DNA of 64,000 bases from NCBI GenBank assembly GCA_021157845.1, contig JAGGVU010000019.1, positions 2,410-66,409 on the forward strand, read 5' to 3'. The position numbers and the translations under genes were made by a program. The stretch is from Candidatus Aenigmatarchaeota archaeon. GTDB taxonomy: Archaea > Aenigmatarchaeota > Aenigmatarchaeia > GW2011-AR5 > JAGGXF01. Position 1 is the stretch's first letter; every line of letters starts with the position of its first letter. The notes under the pieces were generated by a model. The model ran no database searches and was not told the DNA's origin. It was given only the letters and a program-made list of their open reading frames with translations. Below, piece by piece: positions 29,057 to 39,703 of this stretch.

Positions 29057-30991
29057 TTATTGACCAAGAATAAAACTTCCCCTTCTGGAAGGAATTAATT
29101 TCTCTATATCATTCAAATTTATAGATTTCAAAAGATTAGCCTCTTCTTCTGTAACAGCCTTGCTGATAAAGTCTTCTTTTATGCGTCTGGCAAGTTCTGT
29201 TGCAGATGTGTCGCCCGGCTTTATTGTTGTCATGTATTTACATCTGCTTCTTATAGCCTGGGAAGGTCCATATTCAAGTTTTTTGTTTTTTATGTTAAAA
29301 CCTATTGCTATCTTTAATGGCGTTTTTTTCAGGTAATTTCTCTCTCCCTGTATCTGAAAAGAGCCTTTAGGAAGGCCAGGAACTTTTTTTACTTGATTCG
29401 GTCTTATCCAATACATATCAACATTGCCGAGCCCCATTTGCCACGCTTTTGAATATGATGCACCAAATTCTGACGCCTCTCTTATAGCAACAGGTGTTAT
29501 CTCTTTTATTTCCTTTATTCTTGCGTCTATTCTGGATTTTATAACTACAAACGGAGCTCCTTGTATTTCAGCGTGTAAAACGATATCTGTAGGTTCTACA
29601 TACTTTTTAATCAGCTGCTCATTTGTATCCGCATCTTTTCCCGCAACAACTAGAAATCCATCTGACGTCCAAAAATATCTAAACCTTTCATACCATCGTT
29701 TTTGTTTTTTTCGCTCCTTTATTTTTGGGATAAAATCATTTTGTAGTTTAGACAAAATCTTTTCAGGTGACGCTAGGCTTTTTTCTGTTTTTTTCTGTTT
29801 TTTTCTTGCATGCTTTGATTTTTCATATAGCATAGCAGCATTTTCTTCAACAGATTTTGTTATGTCAAGCTCCACGTTCTTTCCATTTAAATCTACCACA
29901 ATTATGCCGTCGTGTTCTCTTATCTCTATAATAGAATTTGCTTCTATGCTGTCTTCTTTTTCTATTATCTGTTTTATTTCGTTCCAGCTATATTTTTGTC
30001 TTGCTTTATTAATTAAATTTAAAATATCGCTAACAAGGCCATAATTTTTGTATATCAAATCTGCTTTAGCTTTTTTTTCTTTTTGTTTTTTTTCAAGTTT
30101 TTTTATCGCCTCTTTATGTTGTTTTATAATAATTTCCCTTTTTTTATCTCGCTCTTCTTCACGATTGTCGGTTTTTTCTAATCCATAATAGCTATCGATG
30201 GCCTGATTAAAGCTAGCCACCTCTTGTATTTGCTTTCCTTCATATACACAAAGCATAAATGGAATTGCATCTATAATTTTATTATTTTCTATTACAATTT
30301 TTGGTTCTGCGTTTTTTGTCATCAGTCTCTTTATTTCGTCAAATAAAATTTTAACCTTTTCTTCTTCAAGTGCTTGGCACATTATCTCTTTATCGATTGC
30401 ACTCTTATTCAGAAGTTCTTCTGCATACAATGACCCAAATCCCAGTCTCACAAGAAAGGATAAGACATCTCTTGGTGAGGCGTATATAATTCTTTTAAAT
30501 TTATTATAATCATCCTCAAACATATTGGTTTTTGGATGTTCATATGTTATGTTTGGAGCAATAATTCTATCTGACCATTTTTGATATTCAAATGCTTTTA
30601 TGATTTTATATGATTTATCTACAAAAATAAAATTGCCGTTATGAAAAAGTTCGATAATTAAAATGTAATCATCAAATATAATTTCAGCTATCCGTTCAAA
30701 ATCATATTGCCGTATCTCTTTTATGCGCTTATTTTTTAATCTCTTTCTGAGAAACATAGAGAATTCTGTCGGTTTTTCTCTTCCTTCTCTGATTTGTTTT
30801 GTAATATGAAACCTGCCAGAAGATGCAAATATTTCAAATGAGCCAATTTTTCTCACATAAACTTTTATTCTTAGATTTCTATCCTTCTTTGTTACGGTGT
30901 CTTGATAAATTTTTTCAACTCTGGCCCCTTCTAGAAATTTCATCTCCTTTATTATGAATTTCAGGTCCAGGCTTGTCATCGCTCTTTGCAC
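29057..30991 (-). CDS. NFACT-family protein (FbpA / Rqc2-NEMF homolog)
   Basis: 644 aa; N-terminal NFACT-N region; C-terminal DUF814-like WYERFRYFWTSDGFLVVAGKDADTNE. Confidence 0.65.
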   Translation of the reverse strand: MQRAMTSLDLKFIIKEMKFLEGARVEKIYQDTVTKKDRNLRIKVYVRKIGSFEIFASSGRFHITKQIREGREKPTEFSMFLRKRLKNKRIKEIRQYDFERIAEIIFDDYILIIELFHNGNFIFVDKSYKIIKAFEYQKWSDRIIAPNITYEHPKTNMFEDDYNKFKRIIYASPRDVLSFLVRLGFGSLYAEELLNKSAIDKEIMCQALEEEKVKILFDEIKRLMTKNAEPKIVIENNKIIDAIPFMLCVYEGKQIQEVASFNQAIDSYYGLEKTDNREEERDKKREIIIKQHKEAIKKLEKKQKEKKAKADLIYKNYGLVSDILNLINKARQKYSWNEIKQIIEKEDSIEANSIIEIREHDGIIVVDLNGKNVELDITKSVEENAAMLYEKSKHARKKQKKTEKSLASPEKILSKLQNDFIPKIKERKKQKRWYERFRYFWTSDGFLVVAGKDADTNEQLIKKYVEPTDIVLHAEIQGAPFVVIKSRIDARIKEIKEITPVAIREASEFGASYSKAWQMGLGNVDMYWIRPNQVKKVPGLPKGSFQIQGERNYLKKTPLKIAIGFNIKNKKLEYGPSQAIRSRCKYMTTIKPGDTSATELARRIKEDFISKAVTEEEANLLKSINLNDIEKLIPSRRGSFILGQ

Positions 30992-31463
30992 TTTTTATCA
31001 CCTTTTTTATAATTTGTTTTTTAACCCCAAAATATTTTTCAAAATTTGGGGTTGTTGTAATGATTTTTGTTCTAGACTTTTTTTCTGTTTTTATAAATCC
31101 CCTCCTTTCCAATTCTTTTATATATTCATATGTTCTATTTCCGATAACTTTGACAATTTCCGATTGTTTTATAGGTTCATAATAAGATATTATAGACAAC
31201 ACGCGCAATACCCCTCTTGACATATCTGCGTGGCTGGTAAGCCTAGAAACCTTTTCGAGGTATTCATCCTTAACTACTAACTTGTACCCGCCAATATTGC
31301 TTAGTTTTATTCCTCTTTCTTCGTTTGCATACAATTCTTTTAAATCATTTAGTAACCACTTAATTTCTTCTTCAGATGTCTTCAATATCCTACTCAGCTG
31401 CTTTATACTGCACGGTTCCTCTGCTGTAAATAAACAGGCTTCAAGCAGGGCTAATTTATTCAT
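30915..31463 (-). CDS. scpB: segregation and condensation protein B
   Basis: ALLEACLFTAEEP.S...L; operon with scpA and smc. Confidence 0.65.
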   Translation of the reverse strand: MNKLALLEACLFTAEEPCSIKQLSRILKTSEEEIKWLLNDLKELYANEERGIKLSNIGGYKLVVKDEYLEKVSRLTSHADMSRGVLRVLSIISYYEPIKQSEIVKVIGNRTYEYIKELERRGFIKTEKKSRTKIITTTPNFEKYFGVKKQIIKKVIKSAKSDDKPGPEIHNKGDEISRRGQS

Positions 31464-32131
31464 TTAACCACCGGGTTTTTTGTAAAAATGAATATCTCAT
31501 CAAAAAATCTCTCCTGAAGATAAAATATCTTTTTTGCATTTAAGAGGTGTAAGAGTGGAAGAAAAACATAAATAATATTTTTTCGTGTCCAGACACCAAC
31601 CAAAGTGGAAAATGCTATTTTTTCATCTGTATAGCTATTTATTTTTTTCATTAAATTATCCGTTCTTTTTTCTATATCCTCCTCATATTTTATAAGCGTT
31701 TCAAAAGTTCTTTTAAGTTTTATCTTTTTCATTTTTTTCTTTTCTTTAAATGCAAATGCCTTCTGCAAGGCCTGTACAAGCTCTGTAATTTTTACTTTCC
31801 TTTTTGGCACCCGCTTTATCGGAGCTTCCAAAGATTTTATATGGCTTATTTCCAGAGGAGTTATTTCTTTCTCCTCTCTTCTTTCTTTCTCCTCTTCCAA
31901 TAATATATCACACTTCATACGAAGCAAAATTGCAGCTACCAAAATAAATCTAGCAGGTATTCTAAAGTCAAAAAATTTTAGTGTATTCAGATATGTTACA
32001 AATGCGTCAGTTAATTTTATTATATCTATTGACCATGGGTCCATATTCTCGTCTATAACTATATTTGTTATGACTTCTTCCCAGTCTGAACTTATTATTA
32101 TATTTTTTATAAGCTCCTGTTCCTTTATCAC
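31460..32131 (-). CDS. scpA: segregation and condensation protein A (kleisin)
   Basis: 223 aa; conserved N-terminal kleisin region; overlaps scpB start. Confidence 0.65.
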   Translation of the reverse strand: MIKEQELIKNIIISSDWEEVITNIVIDENMDPWSIDIIKLTDAFVTYLNTLKFFDFRIPARFILVAAILLRMKCDILLEEEKERREEKEITPLEISHIKSLEAPIKRVPKRKVKITELVQALQKAFAFKEKKKMKKIKLKRTFETLIKYEEDIEKRTDNLMKKINSYTDEKIAFSTLVGVWTRKNIIYVFLPLLHLLNAKKIFYLQERFFDEIFIFTKNPVVK

Positions 32132-32165
32132 TTTAACACCCGGTTAATTTACTTCGGCGACGATA

Positions 32166-34622
32166 CTATTTTTCAGGCATCTTTATCGCAAGTATTTTTG
32201 ACACGCCATCCTGCATAGAAACGCCAAATAATTTATCGGCAACTGCCAATGTTGTTTCATTGTGGGTTATAACTATAAATTGCATGTTTTTTGAATATTT
32301 TTTTATAAGGTTATTAATTTTTTTTGTATTTGCTTTATCCAGAGATGCGTCTACTTCATCAAGCACATAAAATGGTGCAGATTTATATTGCTGTATTGCA
32401 AATAGAAATGCCAATGCTGTTATTGCTTTCTCGCCGCCAGACATGAGATCTATATTTACTAGACTTTTTCCTTTTGGTATTGCCTCTATTACAAGACCAG
32501 AATCTATGTTTTCTCTCTCCTCCAGTTTTAATACGCCTTCGCCACCAGTCAAATCTTTATAAATAACTGAAAAATTTTTTTCTATTTTTTTCAGTGTTTC
32601 CATGAATCTGCCTTTTCTTTTCGATTCTATCTCTTCAGCAGTTTTTAGGATAGCTCCCTTTTCGTCTAATAGTTTATCTAATTTTAGTTTTAGTTCTCCA
32701 AACTCAACATCAGCAATTTTATATTCTTCTATTGCCCGCAGATTTACGGGTCCTATTTTATTTATCTCACTTATTATTGCCCTTATCTTATTTCTAAGTT
32801 CGTCAACGGGTTCGTTATAAAATTTTTTAATGTGCTTGAATTCGTTTTTTTCAATCTTAAGATTATCCAAAATAGCCTCTTTTTTCGCTCTTTTTATTTT
32901 AAGTTCACTTATTTTTCTTTGAAACTCCATCCTTTTTTCAAATAAATCTTTTCTGCTATTTTTTCGCTCTTTTATACATTTTTCAAGTTTTGATATTTTT
33001 TCTTCTAACTCTGATGTTCCTTTAAACTCTTTCTTTTTGAGTTTTTTCAAATTTTCCATCTTTTTTGTCAGAGATTTTATTTCTTCCTTTAATCTTTTGT
33101 TTTCTTCCGCTAACTTTTTCTTTTCTTCCTCAGTCTTTCGAATGCTTATTTTACCCCCCTTTATAATATTATACCCCCCACGAATTGCTCCGCTTGGCTC
33201 AATTACATCTCCGTCCAATGTGACTATTTTTATTCGAATTTTTTTTATTATATGCTTGGCATCTTCGATTGTTTTAACGATAAATGTGTTTCCAAGAACA
33301 TATTCGACAATATTTTTATATTTTGGATCATAGCTGAGAAGGTCTATGGCAAATCCTATTCCTATCTTTTTCAATTCTTCAGGGAGGTCTATCTTTTTTT
33401 TGCCTTTTATCCTATCCAACGGAAGGAAACGCGCCTGCCCAATTTTTTCTCTTTTTAGAAACTTAACCAATTCTATTGCCAAATTGGTGGAATCAACAAT
33501 TATGTCACTTTCATGTCCACGAATGGCTGTTTGTATAGCTGTTTCATATTCTTTTTTTGTAGAAATAATTGAAGAAAATGTTCCATAAACCCCATCCTTT
33601 TTAAGTTCAGCTATCTGTTTTACTGCCCTGTTTTTTGGCACTTCTCCCAAAAACTTTTCAATTCTCTCAATCTCTCTTTTATTAAGCTCTATTTTATCCC
33701 TTTTTCTTAAAATAGATACGCCAAGCTCATCTATTTTTTTTGATGTTGAAAAATCTTTTGTCTTTTTTATTATTTCGCTTTGTAATTTCTGTATTTGTTT
33801 TTCAACATTTTCAACTTCTTTGTCTACAGAAGAAAATTTTTCATTTAATCGTGTAAATTCATTTTCAAGGTTTTTAATTTGGGCAGATATTGTATTCCAC
33901 TCATCTTGTGCATTTTCAAGTTTTTTCTTGACAAGAGAAGCCTTTAATTTTTCTAATTTTTTTTCAAGTTGTAAATATTTTTCAGCATTTCGTTTTTCCT
34001 CCTCGAGTTTTCTTTTTAGCCGCTCCTTTTCGTTGACTATTATAAGCATTTCCCTTACTCTGGTTTCTATATGCTCTAATTCTTGCATGGCCTTTTTCTT
34101 TTTTTCATCAAATTCCGCTATTCCACAGATGTCGTCTATTATTCCTTTCCGTTCCTGTGTATTCATCTCAATAACTCTTGTGACATCACCCTGAACGATT
34201 ATGTTGTAACCATCTGCATAGAGGTTTGCGTTTGCCAAAATATCGACAAATTTTCTTTTTGTCACGTTTTTGCCATTTATTTTATAAACCGAGGTTCCCT
34301 TTCTATTAACCTTTCTTGTTATTTTAATTTCTTCCTCTTTTAGAGGTATTTGCCCATCTTTATTGTCCAGATACAAAGAAACTTCTGCGTAGGAAGCCGG
34401 CTTTCTATCTTTTCCACCGTTAAAAATTAGTGTTTGAAGTTTGTTTGCTCTTATCATTTTTGCAGATGATACACCGAGAACGAACATTATTGCGTCAACA
34501 ATATTGCTTTTTCCAGATCCGTTTGGGCCCGCTATCACGTTGAACCCCGTTGGGAACGGTATGCTAACTTTATCTGCAAAAGATTTGAAACCTCTCAATG
34601 TAATTCTGTTTATTCTAACCAT
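32166..34622 (-). CDS. smc: SMC chromosome segregation ATPase (short, 818 aa, hinge present)
   Basis: GFKSFADKVSIPFPTGFNVIAGPNGSGKSN Walker A; hinge GQARFLPLD; LSGGEK signature; Walker B DE. Confidence 0.8.
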   Translation of the reverse strand: MVRINRITLRGFKSFADKVSIPFPTGFNVIAGPNGSGKSNIVDAIMFVLGVSSAKMIRANKLQTLIFNGGKDRKPASYAEVSLYLDNKDGQIPLKEEEIKITRKVNRKGTSVYKINGKNVTKRKFVDILANANLYADGYNIIVQGDVTRVIEMNTQERKGIIDDICGIAEFDEKKKKAMQELEHIETRVREMLIIVNEKERLKRKLEEEKRNAEKYLQLEKKLEKLKASLVKKKLENAQDEWNTISAQIKNLENEFTRLNEKFSSVDKEVENVEKQIQKLQSEIIKKTKDFSTSKKIDELGVSILRKRDKIELNKREIERIEKFLGEVPKNRAVKQIAELKKDGVYGTFSSIISTKKEYETAIQTAIRGHESDIIVDSTNLAIELVKFLKREKIGQARFLPLDRIKGKKKIDLPEELKKIGIGFAIDLLSYDPKYKNIVEYVLGNTFIVKTIEDAKHIIKKIRIKIVTLDGDVIEPSGAIRGGYNIIKGGKISIRKTEEEKKKLAEENKRLKEEIKSLTKKMENLKKLKKKEFKGTSELEEKISKLEKCIKERKNSRKDLFEKRMEFQRKISELKIKRAKKEAILDNLKIEKNEFKHIKKFYNEPVDELRNKIRAIISEINKIGPVNLRAIEEYKIADVEFGELKLKLDKLLDEKGAILKTAEEIESKRKGRFMETLKKIEKNFSVIYKDLTGGEGVLKLEERENIDSGLVIEAIPKGKSLVNIDLMSGGEKAITALAFLFAIQQYKSAPFYVLDEVDASLDKANTKKINNLIKKYSKNMQFIVITHNETTLAVADKLFGVSMQDGVSKILAIKMPEK

Positions 34623-34740
34623 AATACCAACTATTAATTAGTTGTTTACCTAATTAATAAATTTTATTAATAAAAATTACGCTGCTGATTGTTTATTTGA
34701 TAGAATAGTGAATAGGCCAAAAATAATGAGCAAAGGAGTT

Positions 34741-35928
34741 TTAAAAGCCCAGCTTTTCTTTAATCCCAACTATAGCTAATTTAGATATAAGTTTCATTAA
34801 TTTTGACAGATTGCCACTTGTTATTTCTTCTATCTTCTTTTTGTCAAGCTCGTTTGCAAGTGTATTGAGCTGTCTGTCAGACAACTTTTCAAATAGTGTC
34901 TTGGCTTTTTCCAAGTTTTTTAGCTTGTTTCCACGCTCTTTCCACCAAATCCTGTTATAGTTTGAAAGCCCTCTTCTCGACACGTCATTCTTTGCTATAG
35001 CGTCTGATATGACGGTTCCTGCTATCTTTCCAGCTATTATGGATTCTGCCAAACCACCGCCGTGTAACGGGTTAATTTGGTGCGCAGCATCACCGACAAC
35101 AAGCAGGCCGTTCATAACCATATCATGCATAACCCCACCCAGTGGAATTGCTCCTCCATTGACCTCAATTATGCTCCCTTTTTCAAACTTTCTATTGGTT
35201 TTTATAAATTTGTCAAGATACGCTTTTGCTGTTCTTGAATTTTCAGCTGATATGCCAATGCCAACATTTGCCCTGTCTTCCCCCTTTGGAAATATCCAGA
35301 TATATCCTCCCGGAGCTATTTTCTGGCCAAAATAAAATTCAAGCTTTTTTTTATCTTCTAAATCAATACCAGCCATTTCATACTGGAATCCAGAATCAAA
35401 AAAATTTGGGCTGCTTGGTATTTTCATCCCAGCCTTTTTTGCTATCGTCGATTCTGCCCCATCTGCTGCTACGACAACTTTTGCTCTAATATCAAAATGT
35501 TCAGAGAGAAATTTTGCATGAATACCTTTTACAAAATCACTTTCTTTTATAATACCATCAACAATAGTCTTTGTCTGTATTTGTGCTCCCGCTTTACAAG
35601 CTTCTAAAGCAAGCCATTTGTCAAACTTTTTTCTGTCTATAATATAGCCAACATCTTTCCCATAGTCCATCACTATTTTCTTCCCGTTAGGAGCATATAG
35701 AAGTGCGCCATTTATATATTGATCCACCCACTTTTCATTTCTTTTCAAGCCTATTTGGTTAAGTGCATAATCCCCAAAGCCTTCTCCGCATCTTTTCGGG
35801 CAGCCCAGTTCTTGGTTTCTATCAACTATTAAGACATCAAGGCCACTTCTCGCAATTGCAAGGGCGGTGGACGATCCGGCCGGGCCAGCACCGACAACAA
35901 CAACGTCATATTCGTCTTTTATTATCAT
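34741..35928 (-). CDS. geranylgeranyl reductase family flavoprotein
   Basis: YDVVVVGAGPAGS; GDAAHQINP; 395 aa. Confidence 0.8.
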   Translation of the reverse strand: MIIKDEYDVVVVGAGPAGSSTALAIARSGLDVLIVDRNQELGCPKRCGEGFGDYALNQIGLKRNEKWVDQYINGALLYAPNGKKIVMDYGKDVGYIIDRKKFDKWLALEACKAGAQIQTKTIVDGIIKESDFVKGIHAKFLSEHFDIRAKVVVAADGAESTIAKKAGMKIPSSPNFFDSGFQYEMAGIDLEDKKKLEFYFGQKIAPGGYIWIFPKGEDRANVGIGISAENSRTAKAYLDKFIKTNRKFEKGSIIEVNGGAIPLGGVMHDMVMNGLLVVGDAAHQINPLHGGGLAESIIAGKIAGTVISDAIAKNDVSRRGLSNYNRIWWKERGNKLKNLEKAKTLFEKLSDRQLNTLANELDKKKIEEITSGNLSKLMKLISKLAIVGIKEKLGF

Positions 35929-36098
35929 TTAGACACCTCTAATTTTAACGCCCCAACAGGACAAAAATTTATACATGCTTTACATTTAATACATTTGTCA
36001 TTATCACATTTTAGTTCGCTTTCAAGCTTTAGTGCCTGCACAGGACAAACAGAAACACATCCACCGCATTTCAGGCATTTTTCTTTGTTTATTATCAT
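35925..36098 (-). CDS. 2x[4Fe-4S] ferredoxin, 57 aa; not in ORF track
   Basis: Translation MIINKEKCLKCGGCVSVCPVQALK...CIKCKACINFCPVGAL. Its TGA overlaps the ATG of the reductase (ATGA). Confidence 0.6.
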   Translation of the reverse strand: MIINKEKCLKCGGCVSVCPVQALKLESELKCDNDKCIKCKACINFCPVGALKLEVSK

Positions 36099-36148
36099 AC
36101 TATCACTTATAATTGAACTAACTAAAAGTTTTCGGCAAGGTATATATT

Positions 36149-36793
36149 ATGAATAACATAAAAGAAAAATATTTAAAAAAGATTCAACACGCAGCAGAAT
36201 CTATAATATATCTTGACGAAGTTAATAATCTTGTAATTAAGAAAAGAATTAAAAAAAGATATAGGCTTCCAGAAATTGATGATTCATTAAGAAAATTTCG
36301 CACAAAATCAGAGGCATCTCTTATAAGGAAAGCATCACGCATAGGTATTGATGTTCCAAAAATTTTTTGTGTCGGAGATGATGAAATAAAAATGGAGTAT
36401 TTGGGCAAAAAAAAGATAAGAGATGTTATAACCAAAAAAAATTATGTAAAAATATGTGAGAAAATCGGATTTTTTATTTCGCAGCTGCATAAAAATAATA
36501 TTATTCATGGTGATCTAACAACCTCTAATATGATTCTTAAGGGGGATAGAATCTATTTGATAGATTTTGGGCTTGGGTTTCATAGCAGTCGTATAGAAGA
36601 CAAAGCGACTGATTTACATCTTCTTTTCAAGGCTTTAGAGTCGACACATTTTAGCTTATCGCATGATGCGTGGAATGTTATTATTAACAGCTATAAAGAG
36701 AACTATGGGGACGCAGATAGGGTTTTGAGCCGGTTGAAAAAAATAAAAGAAAGAGGCAGATATAAAAAGAACCCAGATAGAAAAGGTTTTTAA
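36149..36793 (+). CDS. bud32: Kae1-associated kinase Bud32 (RIO-like)
   Basis: IHGDLTTSNMIL, LIDFGLG; 214 aa. Confidence 0.75.
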   Translation: MNNIKEKYLKKIQHAAESIIYLDEVNNLVIKKRIKKRYRLPEIDDSLRKFRTKSEASLIRKASRIGIDVPKIFCVGDDEIKMEYLGKKKIRDVITKKNYVKICEKIGFFISQLHKNNIIHGDLTTSNMILKGDRIYLIDFGLGFHSSRIEDKATDLHLLFKALESTHFSLSHDAWNVIINSYKENYGDADRVLSRLKKIKERGRYKKNPDRKGF

Positions 36794-36882
36794 ACCTTTT
36801 CTCCCTTATTAAAAGCATACTCCTACCGCCCTAATGCCGGTATGTTGGGTTAGCGGAGGTTTTTTGATAATAAGTGAAGAAA

Positions 36883-37332
36883 ATGGCTAGAATGTATTCC
36901 AGAAAACATGGAAAATCAGGTTCGAAAAGACCAGCAAAATACAGCCACAGCTGGGTTATGTATAATAAAGAGGAAATAGAACGGCTTATTATTAAGTTAG
37001 CAAAAGAAGGAAAATCCAGCAGCGAGATAGGAATGATTTTAAGAGATGTGTATGGCATACCTCTTGTAAAAGAGTTCAATTTAAAGATAACTGAAGTTCT
37101 TAAGAAGCACAACCTTGGAAAAGAAATACCAGAAGATTTGTACAACCTGATAAAAAAGGCAGTCAAAATTAGGGAGCATCTTGAAAGAAATAAGCGGGAT
37201 AATATAACAAAAAGAGGGCTTGAACTGACAGAATCAAAAATCAGACGGCTTGGAAAATATTATATTAAAAATAAGAAATTACCGCCCGATTGGAGTTATA
37301 ATCCTGAGAAGGCGAAACTTTTAGTTAAATAA
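36883..37332 (+). CDS. rps15: 30S ribosomal protein S15 (S13e)
   Basis: MARMYSRKHGKSGSKRP; start taken at the second Met. Confidence 0.8.
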   Translation: MARMYSRKHGKSGSKRPAKYSHSWVMYNKEEIERLIIKLAKEGKSSSEIGMILRDVYGIPLVKEFNLKITEVLKKHNLGKEIPEDLYNLIKKAVKIREHLERNKRDNITKRGLELTESKIRRLGKYYIKNKKLPPDWSYNPEKAKLLVK

Positions 37333-37342
37333 GGATGATTTT

Positions 37343-37912
37343 ATGGCTATTAAAAAAGACTGGTATCAGATATTTGCACCACCTATATTTGGAAAAAGAG
37401 TAATAGCAGAAACTTTATGCTCAGAATCTGAGCACATACTGGGAAGAACAGTACATATAAGCCTAGCAGAACTTACGAATAATATTTCAAAATTTTATAT
37501 GATAATGCATTTTAAAATTGTGCAACTAGATGGGCACAACGCGTTTACAGAATTTGTTGGTCACAACATTATGACAGACCAGATATATAGAATGGTGTCC
37601 AAAGGAAAATCACGAATAGATAACGTGGAAGACATGGTAACGAAAGACGGGAAAAAAATAAGGATAAAAATATTAACCATTTTATACAAAAAATCAAAAA
37701 CTTCTGTTAAATCCGCGGTAAGAAAAACTATTTCTAATAAGCTGCAAGAGCTTATAAAAAACAAGACAGTTGGGGATATCGTAAAGATGATAGTTTCTGG
37801 AGATTTGCAAAAGAGCTTAAAGGAAAGCGTAAAAAAGATATATCCAGTACGAACTATTGAGATACGAAAATCCGAGATCATTTCTGGGAAAAATAAATCC
37901 AGTAACGCCTAA
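37343..37912 (+). CDS. rps3ae: 30S ribosomal protein S3Ae (S1e)
   Basis: MAIKKDWYQIFAPPIFG. Confidence 0.8.
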   Translation: MAIKKDWYQIFAPPIFGKRVIAETLCSESEHILGRTVHISLAELTNNISKFYMIMHFKIVQLDGHNAFTEFVGHNIMTDQIYRMVSKGKSRIDNVEDMVTKDGKKIRIKILTILYKKSKTSVKSAVRKTISNKLQELIKNKTVGDIVKMIVSGDLQKSLKESVKKIYPVRTIEIRKSEIISGKNKSSNA

Positions 37913-38036
37913 TAATTTATAACATAAACCGATTTGGGACACAATTTTCTTGCTGCCGAGAGAGAGCCCAACTTAATTTTTAAGTTTAGAAAAAATATGT
38001 GCAAACCATCCGCCGTTAATACCGCTAGCGTTTTAT

Positions 38037-38249
38037 TTATTCGGTTTTTGCATTCACAGCAGCAGAAATCCAAAAAACACCTGCTGAAAGCAGAAGAATA
38101 AAAGTAATCAAAAGCGATAAAATGTAACTAGTTGTGGTTGTTCCTTCTACATATGCAATATTTCCGGCTATCATAGAGCCAAGCAGTAAGCATATGGTTC
38201 CAATTATCCACAATCCATGTACATGAAAATTAAATTTCATATATACCAC
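38037..38249 (-). CDS. small membrane protein, hypothetical
   Basis: 70 aa, two TM helices. Confidence 0.25.
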   Translation of the reverse strand: MVYMKFNFHVHGLWIIGTICLLLGSMIAGNIAYVEGTTTTSYILSLLITFILLLSAGVFWISAAVNAKTE

Positions 38250-38284
38250 CTTACAAATATATTGTTTTTAATTTTTAAATACAC

Positions 38285-39544
38285 TTATTTTTTTCTGCGA
38301 CCTTTTCTTCTTTTAGCTGATCTCTTTTTTTTAGATGAGGTTTTGCCATTTTCAATATCTTCTATTATTTTACTAATGTCTCTTACAAACCTTCTTACAT
38401 ATTCTCTTGCGAGCTGAACATCTTTTTCACTGATTTTATTTTCTTTCTTTTCAGCTACCATTTTCCTCATTGTTATGACTTTCTTGAACAAATCTCTATA
38501 TGAACTTTTTATTAACCCGGTTTCTATCAACTCTTTTTCTATAGCACGTGGAAGATCAGCCGGGTCTTCTGGAAGCTTATCCAGTTTCTTTAGCGTAGCA
38601 ACGACTGCCTTTATCATTATTTCATAGTTTTTAATTATAATATTTTCCTTTTTTTTCTTTTCTAGTGAAGAGAAAATTGACAGCATCTGCTTTAGATATG
38701 ATTTTGAAACTTTGATGAATTTATCTAATTCTCTTCCGCTTATTTTGGTTATTTTCTTATGCTCCACGTCTTTTCTGAATTGTACAATTTTTCTCAGGTC
38801 TGAGAGATATTTTCTTTTTAGTAATTTGTTTTTAACTAAATGCTTTTCAACCCCACTTACAATATGTTTCGGAGCAGGTGCCTCCACGCCCATGTACATA
38901 AGAACTGCTTGTGAAGAGTTTAGCATAGCATAGTAAACATCTTCCGCAACCATATATAACTTGGCCATTTCAACCCTTTGAATTTTTTTAGGTGCCCCCT
39001 CTATTAACAATGAGACTGCCTCTATCGTTCCCGGTATTTTACCAAGTTCCAAGAGTTTTCTTGTTGGTATGAAAAATCCTGTATCATAGAGTGCCCAACC
39101 GTCTCTTACTATCGTGTATAATAATGGATGGCCTATTCGCGCCATTTCCCAAAATTCTGTTAATGTCCACGATGGCTGAACATTTATATCTTTTGAAATA
39201 CTTTTTCCAATCTCCTGTATTTTTTTATCAAACACATTTTTCATCTCTTCTGTAAACCTAGCAGTAGTATCATCGATTATGACAAGAAGATCCACATCGC
39301 TTTTTTCATTAAAATCTCCACGAGCAAAAGAACCAAATATAACAACAGACTTGACAATTTTTCCAAATTTCTTGACAATCTTGTTTTTAAACTCTTCCGC
39401 TGCTTTAAGCTGCTTTTTCTTTAACCTTTCCAACGCTTTTTTTCTTTTCTTTTCCAGTTTTTCAATTTTTTGTTTTTCATCTATTTCCTCTTTTCTCAAT
39501 TTTTGTTCCATTTTTTCATTCAGAGTTGCCATGATAATCACCAA
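38285..39544 (-). CDS. Pol-beta-superfamily nucleotidyltransferase-domain protein with K-rich tails
   Basis: GSFARGDFNEKSDVDLLVI NTase motif; about 300 aa helical C-terminal region; C-terminal KKKRSAKRRKGRRKK. Confidence 0.55.
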   Translation of the reverse strand: MVIIMATLNEKMEQKLRKEEIDEKQKIEKLEKKRKKALERLKKKQLKAAEEFKNKIVKKFGKIVKSVVIFGSFARGDFNEKSDVDLLVIIDDTTARFTEEMKNVFDKKIQEIGKSISKDINVQPSWTLTEFWEMARIGHPLLYTIVRDGWALYDTGFFIPTRKLLELGKIPGTIEAVSLLIEGAPKKIQRVEMAKLYMVAEDVYYAMLNSSQAVLMYMGVEAPAPKHIVSGVEKHLVKNKLLKRKYLSDLRKIVQFRKDVEHKKITKISGRELDKFIKVSKSYLKQMLSIFSSLEKKKKENIIIKNYEIMIKAVVATLKKLDKLPEDPADLPRAIEKELIETGLIKSSYRDLFKKVITMRKMVAEKKENKISEKDVQLAREYVRRFVRDISKIIEDIENGKTSSKKKRSAKRRKGRRKK

Positions 39545-39703
39545 CTATCATATTCAAACATTATTTACTATTAACCAGTAACTATTTAAAGGTTTTTAAT
39601 ACGTTAGTTCTTCCAAATCCTTTAAAACATAATGCATTATATTTTGATGTGTATTTAAGTCTTATGTAAGGCTAGGATAAAGATGAATACGAAATAAAAA
39701 TAA

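Noticed and set aside
38285-39544. CBASS-type cGAS/DncV-like cyclase
   Set aside because: Only the minimal GS...DxD NTase motif is present. No recognisable CD-NTase C-terminal signature or nearby effector (TM, phospholipase, nuclease), so this is kept as a generic NTase-fold protein.
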